Translations under genes and position numbers: made by a program
Notes under the pieces: generated by a model
What the model saw: the letters and a program-made list of their open reading frames with translations, nothing else
What the model was told of the DNA's origin: nothing
Database searches by the model: none
Shown here: piece after piece, positions 37,968-47,995 of the stretch
Position numbering within the stretch: position 1 is the stretch's first letter
How the letters are laid out: every line of letters begins with the position of its first letter
Assembly: GCA_013239625.1 (NCBI GenBank)
Contig: MU053557.1
Coordinates: forward strand, 2,014,123 to 2,078,108
DNA: 63,986 nt
Origin: Lama guanicoe
Lineage: Eukaryota
Direction of reading: 5' to 3'

Positions 37968-39577
37968 AAAAACAAAAAAAAAAAAAAACAAACCCCACCG
38001 AAAAAAAAATTTTTTTTAATTTAAAAGAAGAAAAAAGATTTGAAAACAGTATAGGACAAGATAAAGAGAAATAAAAATCAAATTGAGACAAATTTTTAAA
38101 AGAAAAAAGATTTTGAGAACAGCGTATAATCAATACCAGAAGAAAGAAACAAAGAGAACTATAGATCAAATTGAGACAAATTTTTAAAAAATTAATTTTA
38201 AACTTTTTAAAGAAAATTTTTAAGATTAGAAAAAGAATTAAAAATTTTTTAATTAAAAATTAAAATAAAAAGAAGCATATGTTCCTGTGTAGACTGTGCA
38301 CTCATAATAAGTCTGTTGTGACGTCCTTTTTAAGTATGGGTGATTGCCAAGTCTTCCTTCCGTGCATTTTGGCTGTTATCCCTTTGGTTGGGGGTGTGGC
38401 CGGTGATGTGGTGGCCAGAGCCCGTCCTGGCCATTGAGCAGGGCCTCCTTTTTGTTCTGTGGTTGTTGCCGCTCCTGCCCTGGTCCTGCTGCGTGAACTT
38501 GGCTCAGTGGTTCCAGAGGCCCTCCGGCCGCGCCCGTGGTCTGTGCTGCTCCCAGTACCATGCTCCAGCGTCAGTAGGCGGACAGGTCACGTACTGTCCC
38601 AATGCCATGTCCTGCACCATGCTCCTGTACGGTGGGTGGGTGGGTCGCTCCCCAGTTCAGTGCTGCTCCCTGCCCAGCTCCACACTTGATAGGCAGGGTT
38701 GGAGAAAACGGCGGCACCAGCCCACACCAGCCCCTCCACAGCGCGCCAGAACTCCGCTGCTTGTTCATTTGTCTTAGAGGCGCAAGTTCACAGAGGCACC
38801 AGGGCAGAATGTTCCCCTCTCCCTGGGGCTGTCAACAAACCTCAGTCCCGCCTGTGAGGTTGCGGAACCGCAGGTACGCATTCAGGTTTCCACCCCACCC
38901 CCGCCTGGGAGCCGCGTCCCAGACAATATGGTGGCTGTGCTGAGCCCCGCCAGTAATGGCGCCGGGGGTCTGAGGAGACAAAGGTTACAGAGCCCCTCCG
39001 CCCAGGGCACACCAGCCGTGTTGCTTTGCTTTTTTTTCGTATTTTATGGGGGCCCCAGGTTGTTCAGCTCTGTAAACCCTCCCAGCCACGGTCCACAGCA
39101 CCCTGCAGCCCCCCGAAGCTGCCTCTGTACCGCCAGCCCGAGTCCTAGGCCCCCTCAGGCAGCCTGTCCTGTCCCAGCCCTGCCGGTTCACGACTAGGGC
39201 TGAGGGGTCCCAGGGACCCTTTGCGCCGTTTAACTTTGTTCTGTCGGTCAAGGGCTCTTCCATACAGATCCGAGCCGCGAAGGCTCCCCCTCCGACCCTC
39301 TGGCGTCTCCGTTGGAGAGGGGGAGACCCAGCGCTATTCCTCCTTTGCCGCTCCCTCCCCGCGAGACCCGTCCCGCACTGTTTTCGTTTTTCTTCTTTCT
39401 TTTTCCCTTTTCTCTTACCAAATTTGTGGCAAATTTTGCCTTCGAAGAAGGTGATGTTCTGTCAAAGTTCAGCAGGAGTTCTGAGTGGGCGGGTGGGTCC
39501 GTGGATGTCACTCTTGGTGTATTCGTGAGAGAGGGTGAGCTGCGAGCGTCCTTCTACTCCACCATCTTAGCCACTGC
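36394..39577 (-). mobile_element. Young internally deleted L1: 5' UTR, short endonuclease fragment, ORF2 C-terminus and 3' UTR/poly(A)
   Basis: The minus strand starts gcagtggctaagatggtggagtagaaggacg (L1-type start with a YY1-like AAGATGG) and runs through a CpG-rich 5' UTR and a T-rich tract. It then has an endonuclease snippet (37760-37850, WKKILHANGNEKKAGVTILISDKTDFKTKAI) and the ORF2 C-terminus ([13 protein letters not shown]...[17 protein letters not shown]). TSD taagccac(g)tttt at 36386 and 39578. Confidence 0.88.
38380..39577 (-). promoter_or_regulatory. CpG-rich L1 5' UTR internal promoter region
   Basis: Visibly the most GC- and CpG-dense stretch of the window, with a YY1-like site at the L1 5' terminus. 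Activity cannot be shown from sequence alone. Confidence 0.6.
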
Positions 39578-39590
39578 TAAGCCACGTTTT

Positions 39591-39686
39591 TCATTGATTT
39601 CCGCTTGGAGGAGGTACCGGGATTAAACCCAGAACCTCTTGTGTGCTGAGCATGCGCTCGACCAGTTGAGCTATACGCTTCCCCCG
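39591..39686 (-). mobile_element. Short tRNA-Ala-derived SINE abutting the L1 5' end
   Basis: Minus strand gggggaagcgtatagctcaactggtcgagcgcatgctcagcacacaagaggttctgggtttaatcccggtacctcc. Perfect 13-bp TSD taagccacgtttt at 39578-39590 and 39687-39699. Confidence 0.88.
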
Positions 39687-40499
39687 TAAGCCACGTTTTA
39701 AAGAAAGAACACATGCTAGGCTCTCTGCCTGTTTCTCCAGGATAATAATACAACCTGTAGCCCCAAGCCTCTCTAGCAGTCAGCCTCACCCTAGCTTGAA
39801 GCAGGGTCACTACAAATTTAAAAGAGAAGTTTTATTATTTAACTGCATTTATTGGGTGTGTACTAGGGATAAAGCATTCAAAGTGAGCAGTGCAGAGCTA
39901 TAAAAGAAGTAAAAGGTCTGCTTCTCGTGCTCTAGGAGGGTGGTGTGAAGCAGAACAGAGGCATAATTGGAAAGAAGGGACAAATTCTTCCATCCGTAAG
40001 AGCCAAAGCAGGTTCTAAAGTGAATAGTGTGCACAGAATGCTGCCCAGCTGACAATGCTCTCTCTACTCCTCTACTAAATCTGCATGGAAAGAATGAAAA
40101 ATGGGAGGGAGAGAAAGAGAAAGGGTCCAGAGAGGCTGGTCTTACTACTATCTCTACTAAATGATGGTGCTTTTTCTCTTGCTTAAGTCCCATTCAGGTA
40201 ATATGCACCCAATTCGCTCTACCTGTTCAACTTCACTCATTTTATTAGGCTCCACTAGAAATCCACTTTCTCCATAAAATTCCAGCAACTAGTTGAATAT
40301 TCAGTTGTCTCTTTCTTCTCTGAAAACTTGATGGGTGTCTGGCTTGTACCTGACAGGTTAGCCCAACACAGAGCAGGGACTTTATATAAAAAAAAAATTA
40401 ACAAGTAAATGGATGAAAAATATTTGGGAGGTGATCAGAGACACTAGGAAAAAATTCAGAGAACAAACCTTACAGTGTGACCCTGTCCTAAACATCTAA

Positions 40500-41745
40500 T
40501 CAATCATTCAACTAATTTTTCATCGAGTGCCTGCTATGTCAGGTCCTGTGCTAAGTTCTAATGATACAAGACAGATATGGGTCCCTAATTTCAGTAATTG
40601 TAAAGTCAGACATTAATAAGTAAGTATAAATGTGATGCATGATGCAAAGAGTGAAGGAGAGGGAACTACTGGCAGGGAGAAATGGGATGATGGGCAACTT
40701 ACCTGGAAAGGGTGTTGATAAATGCCTTTTAAGCCAAGATCTGACAGACGATTAGGAGTTATTTAGGTAAGCATGGAGGGAAGAGTGTCTTAGGGAATGG
40801 AGGTAACATGTGCAAAAGTCCTACAGGGTCAGGAGGTGTGGTGCATCCAGAGACCAAAGAATACTAGAGCTGGAGCTTAGAGAGTAAGAGAAAGACAGAA
40901 AGTAAAGCCAGAAAAGCAAATGGGACACAAACCACAGTGGGCTTTGTAAACCTGCTTGAATTAGTCAGGATGAGCTAGGTTATGCTGTGGTAATAAACAG
41001 CCCCCAGATCTCAGTGGCTTCACAAAGAAAAAGTTATTTCTCACCCATATTACATGTTGAGCATAGAATAGTGAGTGGCGGTGCTCACACAGCCACTAAG
41101 GAACCCAGACTAATGAGGCTGGGCCATCTTATCTCTGTGCCATCTGGAACACACAGACTTCCTAGTCTCATGGCAAGGTAAGAGTAAAGAAGAGTGCACT
41201 GTACGTCAGTGAGGGTCTCAGCTCAGTGACACTTGTCTCTCCCACTTATAGTCTGTTGGCCTGAACCAGTCACATAGTCCCACCAGTCACATAGTCCCAC
41301 CAGTCTGGAAGTCAGCTGAGAAGTCTAGGGGACTACATGGAATATTTGCTGTGTATCAGCATCTGTGCCATATCATAAGAAGTCTGCACTTGACCTTGAA
41401 GTCCGTAAAAGCCTCTGAAAGATTTAAAGTCAGGCAGCGATTCCATCAGATTTGGGTTTCTTAAAGACTGCTCTGGCTGCAGTGGGAAAAATCACTTGAG
41501 GAGGGGGAAGAAAAAAAGCAGAAAGACAAATTAAGAGGCTATGACATGGCTCAGTTAGAAGATGACCATGACCTTGACTGGTAGGTTGGACACAGGTAGA
41601 TAGATTCAAGGACCTTTTAGAAGGCAGATCCACAGGACTTGGAGGTTGACAGAAGCAGGGGGTTGGGGAGAGGAAGTAGTCAAGGATCATGCCCCACTTT
41701 CTGATTTGCATGCCTAGTGTCACTGGTAGAGCTATTTACTGTATC
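40500..41745 (-). mobile_element. L2 fragment interrupted by an MLT1-type LTR (about 40958-41371)
   Basis: L2 motifs cattcaactaatt...gagtgcctgctatgtcagg and aaagactgctctggctgcagtggg flank ttagtcaggatgagctaggttatgctgtggtaataaacagcccccagatctcagtggctt. Confidence 0.7.
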
Positions 41746-42710
41746 AAATCCTTTGCTGAAGAGGAACAAAATGTTTGGGAGACAATAGTTAAGTCTCCAA
41801 GGACAGAGATTCACTACAACTAAGCCCTAGTCAGATACATAGGAGGTGCTTAAATTTTTGCAGATTAGAGCTTGCGTGGTCCCTTGTATTATTTCAAGAA
41901 GCTCCTTGATAGCTCGGGGCGGGGGGGAAGGGCACCACTGATTTTATTATCCATTTCTGATATTCTTTCTTCCAAAACATCTACATTTCATGATTATTCA
42001 TTTGGATACTCTCCCCAGTACTCCACCTCTAAAATTAGTGATTACAGGCACCCTCACGATTATCATCCAACTAGCCATCATGTCATTCATCCTCCTAATT
42101 GCTCGGAAGGGAAGAGATAATCAAGTGGTTGCTCTAATCTGAGAACCTGGTTTTCAAAAATTACTTGAAATCTAAATTGAGCTTTTTAAAGCAGCACTTA
42201 AATTTTGACTCCAGTCATTTCATTAAGACCAGCACTTGCTAAGAACTCCTTAAGTAAGTTTTGAATTACCAGCATCATGCAAAACAATGGCAAGGAAGGA
42301 AAGCTTTCTTCTGAGAGTGGCGTGGGTTTTTTTTTTTTCTTTTTTGGCATAAACAGGATTTTTCTTGTTAATGTATCATTTGAGGTATTGAACTACACCT
42401 GGATAAAAGAGTGGTAAAACAAACACTGAGCTCATGCCCGTTCTTGTCAGGACTTCTCCAGCGGGGCACGCCTGGGTTAAACGAACCTTGCTCAGCCCAA
42501 TGAACCACAAGGATATTGTTTCAAATGAGTGGGAGCAAATTTAAAAGATCTACGATCCTTTCCTGACTGAGCTATTAATCACACTACCAGAGGACGGGGA
42601 AGACCTAGTCACGTGGGGCCCCTTGTCAATGTTGCTGATGGAAACTCTCATGCTGTTGCTCCCCTGGGGACAGAACGGTTTAGGTGGAGGCAGAAAAAAT
42701 TAACTTATTT

Positions 42711-43171
42711 TGTTACGGAAACGACAGGCCAGCCAAGAAACAAGCACCACTCGGAGGGTTGGAATACTCAGATGTATTACGCCAGCTGGCTCAGAGGGGC
42801 TTCTGCTCCGAAGCTCTGAGCACCTCCAAGACATGCACATGAGGTTTTATAGGTAAAGTACAAGCTTGGGGTATTCGGCCAATAGGCATGGAACAGCTTT
42901 AGCAGCACATTATCACAGGAGGCAGGGAGGCAGCAAACCAACATTCCAAAGCCAGATATGTATCTTTGAAAATCCAGCTGGCTAGCAAAAAAAAAACATG
43001 AACAGCAAACCAACACTAATTAACTTAGATTTACAAGTTAGTCTAGCAGAACTCAGAGGAATATTCTGATACTTAGATTTGTGAGTTATCTTGTTAGCCC
43101 AGCCCAGCCTCTCCTTCACATTCCTAGACTTGTGAGTTATCTTGTTAGACCAGCCCAGCTTTTCCTTCACA
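42711..43171 (-). mobile_element. Relatively young ERV solo LTR
   Basis: TG...CA termini (tgttacgg...ccttcaca). On the minus strand: TATA box cctataaaacc (about 42845-42853) and a degenerate poly(A) signal aataca near 42775. Several CpGs are retained. No clear TSD. Confidence 0.7.
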
Positions 43172-43510
43172 AATTCATTGTAGCTGTGAATGACCATAAA
43201 GAACTTTACTCAGTCAACTCGGAGAGTGCATATTCTCCTCTTGCTGGGTGAACAGTGAAGGGATGGGTGCTCTTGGGAACAGAAGACACTGACCCTGGTC
43301 CAGGCTTCCATCAGAACTGGCTGAAACAATTTCAGTGACTTCCCAGTTGATCTCCCTCCTTCCAGTCTGGCACTTCCAAATAGCAGCCAGAATGAGCTTT
43401 TTATGTATTTATTTTTATTTACATATAGTAAAAGTTGCTCTTTTGGTGTCTGTACATTCTGATAAATGCATACAGTATAACTACACCACCATCAAGATAT
43501 AAAATAGTTC

Positions 43511-43686
43511 CCATATGATCCAGCAATCCCACTCCTGGGCATATATCTGAAGAAAACTATAATTTGAAAAGACACCTGCATCCCAATGTTCATAGCAGCA
43601 CTATTTACAATAGCCAAGACATGGAAACAGCCTAAATGTCCACTGACAGATGACTGGCTAAAGAAGTTGTGGTACACACACACACA

Positions 43687-43746
<60 letters not shown>

Positions 43747-44205
43747 GAATACTACTCAGCCATAAAAAAGAAGAAAGTAATGCCATTTGCAGCAACATGA
43801 ATGGACCTAGAGATTATCCTACTAAGTGAAGTAAGCCAGAAAGAGAAAGAAAAATATCACGTGATATCACTTATTTGTGAAATCTAAAAAAAAAATGAAA
43901 CAAATGAACTTATTTACAAAACAGAAACAGACTTACATAGAAAATAAATTTAGGGTTACCAAAGAGGGAATGGTGTCAGGGGAGGAATAAATTGGGAGTT
44001 TGTGATTAGCAGATATAAACTTCTATATACAGAACAGATGAACAACAAGGTCCTACTATATAGCACAGGGAACTATCTTCAATATCTTATAATAATCTAT
44101 AATGAAAAAGAATATGATAAAGAACACATATATGTATAACTGAATCACTATACTGTACACCAGAAACTAACACAACATTGCAAATCAACTATACTTCAAT
44201 TTAAA
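43511..44205 (+). mobile_element. 5'-truncated L1 3' end nested in the older L1
   Basis: ccatatgatccagcaatcccactcctgggcatatatc...aactatacttcaatttaaaaaaa. TSD aaaatagttc at 43501-43510 and 44206-44215. Confidence 0.92.
43674..43745 (+). repeat. Interrupted (CA)n microsatellite
   Basis: Directly visible, about 70 nt, inside the L1. Confidence 0.97.
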
Positions 44206-44688
44206 AAAATAGTTCTAACATCTCCAACAAATACGAGGGCAGGCTGCCCCTTTGTAGTCAGTTCCTTCCCTGACCCTGACCCCAGGCAACCACAGCTTCT
44301 GCATTTTTCCTTTTCCAGAATGTCATGGAGATGGAATCATACACAATGTAGCCTCTGGGGTCTGGCTTCCTTCACTTAACATAATGCCTCTGAGATTCCC
44401 CCATGTTGTCGGCGTATCAGTAGCTCGTCCATTTTTATTGCTGACCCATATTCCATTGCACAGATGTGCCAGAGTCTGTTATCTGTTCACCAAATGAAAG
44501 ACATTGTGGTTGTTTCCAGTTGTTGGCAACTATGAATAAGGCCACTGTGAACATCTGCACACCAGTTTTTGAGTGAGCCTAAATTTCTGTTTCTCTTGTA
44601 TAATTAACTCAGAGTGGGATTGCTGGGTCAGACACTAAGTATGTGTTTAACTTTATTAAGAAATTGCCAAACTGTAGCATGAGCTTTT

Positions 44689-45120
44689 AAAAGCCTAATT
44701 CAGATCATGTCACTCTCCTGCCTAAATCCTGCCAACGTCTTCCTAGTACACTGAGAATGAACTTGAAGCCGCCCCACCTTTTGTGATCCAGCTCCTCCCT
44801 GTCTCCGTGGCCTCCTCTTCACCACCTGCTCCTCATTTGCTCTGTTCCATCCCTCTCTCTGATTCTTTCTCATCTTTTTCTCAAAAAGGCTGAGCTTTCC
44901 CCTTCTTCATGATCGTTCCACCAGCTTACAGTCCCTCTGCCTGGTGTTCTTACTCCACACCTTCACATGGCTGGCTCCCCCTTGTTATCTGTGTCTCAGC
45001 TTAAACATCGCCTTCTCAGCACGTCTTCCTTGACCACACCTCCCAAGTCTAAAGCAGCCACCTCCCCCAGTCACCCCCTGTCACATCAGAGCACTCATCA
45101 CTGCCTGATATTTTCTTGCT
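44689..45120 (+). mobile_element. L2 fragment, continuous with about 43330-43400
   Basis: cagcagccagaatgagctttt|aaaagcctaattcagatcatgtcactctcctgcctaaa; ctcagcttaaacatcgccttctcag. Confidence 0.72.
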
Positions 45121-45568
45121 CAGCTGCTGCCACACTAGCTTGCCATTTATAAGTCACTCCTGGGCCTCACCATTCTTTTCCTTAAAGTGGACATAATAAT
45201 GCACCTTCTTCTACTTGATGATTTATTTTCATGATATTACAAGCTTTTTGAGGCAGGAACTACATCATCTTTAAAATGTTCTATCTCAGCTATATTAATC
45301 ATCTAAATCACCTGCACACTGTCATTAAAAAGTTCTTAGATGAAGAAAAAAAAGTTCTTAAATGGGCAAATTCCCTTTCTCTCTATAGCTGAATCTCTAA
45401 ATTAGAATGAGACATGTGGTTTTAGAGAGCACCTGGTGACGATCATAATGATGGCGATTTAGGTAATTGTACAGAGACATTTACCCTTTTGTCAGCAGAT
45501 TTCGGATTTCTGAAGGAAAGGAACTCATGGGGCCCTTGGTGGGGCGGGTACACAAAACATAGTGCAGT

Positions 45569-45749
45569 CAGTGGTCGTGCTAGAGCTTGCTGGAGCCAGA
45601 TGGCAAGAGTCGGATGTTATGTTTTCAGGAAGCTTGCTAGCCAGCTGTTGAGCCATTGGCAGATATTTGCACCACAGAAATTGGTAAACTCTACAAATGG
45701 GGGGGAGTTGTTTGTTTGTTTGTTTGTTTGATGTATCAGCACACCACTG
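45569..45749. mobile_element. MER63-like MITE
   Basis: Termini cagtggtcgtgctag / tcagcacaccactg; core tatttgcaccacagaaattggtaaactctacaaat. Confidence 0.7.
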
Positions 45750-46422
45750 ACTAAGTGGTGATGAGATAAGTGTATTTAAAGGAGATAGAAAAAGATGGTC
45801 TTAGCTTAAAGATTGAGGGTCCCGAATGGATTTGTACTCTGGCTCAAACCCTTATCAAGTGTATGAACTTGAGCAACTTCATCCACACATTACTCCACAC
45901 TCACTCACTCCCTGAGCATCCAGGCTGGGTTCCAGCATGGAATACATGTCTAAGGCCCCTGCCCTCCAGTAGCGAACAGTCCAGCAGAGGAAAGGACATG
46001 ATTGATGTGTGGAGTGGGAAAGCATCAGGGCTGCAGGAACACTGAGAAGGGTGAGCAGCCAAGCTGGGGTCGGGGTGGGGGAATTCAGGGGTGATTATAG
46101 GAAGTGGGGAGGGTCCTCCAGGTAAAGAAGGCTCGGATGAGGCTGAGAGAAATCAGTAAAGGAAGAGTCCAATCGATTGAGGAAGAGTATCGTGGCTTAT
46201 TTTAGCTTCTTTGGACCTCAGTAAAAGAGTCATATCTATGATGTAACAGAATGGACTGATATAGCAAAGTAACTGGGACATGTTGAGAAGAGATGGAAGC
46301 TGACCAAGGAGTGATGACTGAGGTGACAGCATCTGAGCTGGCTTCAGACTAGCCCAGTAGGACTCAGCTATTCACATGAGATCAGGATGACTAAATTCTC
46401 ATCAGACCTTTTGTCTTTTCAG

Positions 46423-46746
46423 CCAAACCTCACAGCAAGACACCTCCTAGAGAAGAACAAAGGTCATCAGTCATCCCGCACACAAAGCCTGTCCCTCGTG
46501 TCCTCATCCTCCAGGGGCAAAGCAAGCAACACGCCCACCCTCCGAAGGGGCCCAGGGTCCCGGAGGAAGGGGCCTGGGCAGTTCTCCATCACAACAGCCT
46601 TGAACACTCTCAACAGGATGGTCCATTCCCCCTCGGGGCGCCACATGGTGGAGATCAGCACCCCAGTGCTCATCAGCTCCAGCAACCCCTCTGTGCTCAC
46701 CCAGCACATGGAGAAAGTGGATGCTCTTCCCAGCTCTGTGGGGCAG
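46423..46746 (+). CDS. SH3RF2: SH3RF2 internal coding exon (probably exon 5): Ser/Arg-rich linker after SH3-2
   Basis: Acceptor ttgtcttttcag|CCA and donor CAG|gtaggg; 324 nt, phase 0/0. Translates [14 protein letters not shown]...[18 protein letters not shown]...SSVGQ. The [15 protein letters not shown] motif resembles the conserved POSH-family linker motif. Confidence 0.94.
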
Positions 46747-46844
46747 GTAGGGAGCAACCTCGGGGATAAGGGCACCTTGGAGTTGAGCAGGTGACCCACA
46801 CCATGTCACAAGCAATATTGGATGTAAGCACTCATAATGCATGA

Positions 46845-47015
46845 ATAATAACTAATGTCACATGTATTACCTGCCCGAGCTGTATATACATGGTCTCATT
46901 TCATCCTTGAAACAGCCTGTGAGCTCGGTATTACTATTATTATTATCCCCATTTTATAGATGAGGAAACTGAGGTTAAGAGGACGGGGGTGGCTTTCCCA
47001 TGCTAAGAGCCATGG
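46845..47015 (-). mobile_element. MIR immediately downstream of the 324-nt exon
   Basis: tattatccccattttatagatgaggaaactgaggttaagag, the MIR core. Confidence 0.85.
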
Positions 47016-47179
47016 TATGGTTCCTGTCCTCTGGAGAACTTCCCTGCAGGGTGATAATGGCCTCTGTTCACTGGGATCACAGTTTGACATTCACTGTGCC
47101 ATCCTGTGGGAATTTACTAGGCATGACGTGGGAAGGAAGGAAAAGAAAGGAAAAAGAGCTATAGGTTCTTGGGTGTTTT

Positions 47180-47339
47180 CAGGACTGGCTACGTAATTTG
47201 CAAGGCTCCATGAAAAATGAAGTTGCAGGGCAAACGTGATGAAGAATTTCAAAATGGCAGCAGCAGAGCATCAAACCAAGTGAAGGGCCCTTCTCAGCAC
47301 AAAGCCCTACACATGTCAGACACCATGAAGTCAGCCCTG
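47180..47339. mobile_element. MER45A-like hAT-Tip100 MITE
   Basis: TIRs caggactggct / agtcagccctg; 8-bp TSD ggt(g/a)tttt at 47172-47179 and 47340-47347. Confidence 0.85.
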
Positions 47340-47955
47340 GGTATTTTCATCTAGAGCATCTAGTAAGATAATGTATATAACATGTTTAGCACAATGCCTG
47401 GCACAAACTAAGCCCCCAATAAGCATTAGCTCTTAATACTATATTATTAATACTATGACTGTTCTTATAAGCCTAGCCACCAAGTTGCCAACTGAAGGGA
47501 GATAAGCTGAGGGGTAGTTGTGGCAATCCAGAAGCAGAAGGGCTTCTAACAGCATGAGGCTATTTAGGTTGAAGGGTCCTTTAAAAGATGAAGGAGGGGA
47601 GGTGTGAGGCAAAGTAATTAAGAACTGCATGCTGGGTGTTCTGCTGAAAACACTCTGGAACCACGCAGGTGGCAACTTGAAAGGACAAACCTCAGCTTGC
47701 ACTGATGTTTTTTTTTTCCAAAGCTGTAAATTTTGTTTTTAAACATGAATCTCTACCCTGGGATTAAATGACTTAATTGGACTCTAATCCCTTTTTAACA
47801 AGACAAGGAGGAGGAGAAAGTCAAGGGCTCCTCCAAGACCTGTGTGCTGGTCTGAAAATAAAACAGTCCCCTCCTCCAGCACCTCATACGTTATACCGTT
47901 GTCTGTATCTCTAGGAGGCTGGCTCTTCGTGTAATTCTGCCCGCCACTTGCACCA

Positions 47956-47957
<2 letters not shown>

Positions 47958-47993
<36 letters not shown>
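47958..47993 (+). repeat. (CA)n microsatellite
   Basis: Directly visible. Confidence 0.95.

Positions 47994-47995
<2 letters not shown>

Larger units (their letters stand above)
43402..44678 (-). mobile_element. Old L1 (L1MB-like) 3' fragment inserted in L2 and interrupted by a younger L1
   Basis: ttttccagaatgtcat...ggaatcatacacaatgtagcct...ctggcttccttcacttaacataatgc. TSD atgagctttt at 43392-43401 and 44679-44688. Confidence 0.8.

Noticed and set aside
37799..38169. Poly-Lys and poly-Phe ORFs
   Set aside because: They are translations of the A-tract in the L1 5' UTR region.
41265..41306. Short tandem duplication accagtcacatagtccc (also cgccaaagtctgt x2 near 18243-18268)
   Set aside because: Ordinary slippage micro-duplications of two units in neutral DNA; not an array.
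46747..46794. Read-through of the 324-nt exon to TGA at 46792-46794 as an alternative last exon, or alternative donor CAG|gtgacc at 46790
   Set aside because: I saw no canonical AATAAA nearby, the downstream donor is weak and frameshifting, and a 15-codon run-on is expected by chance.
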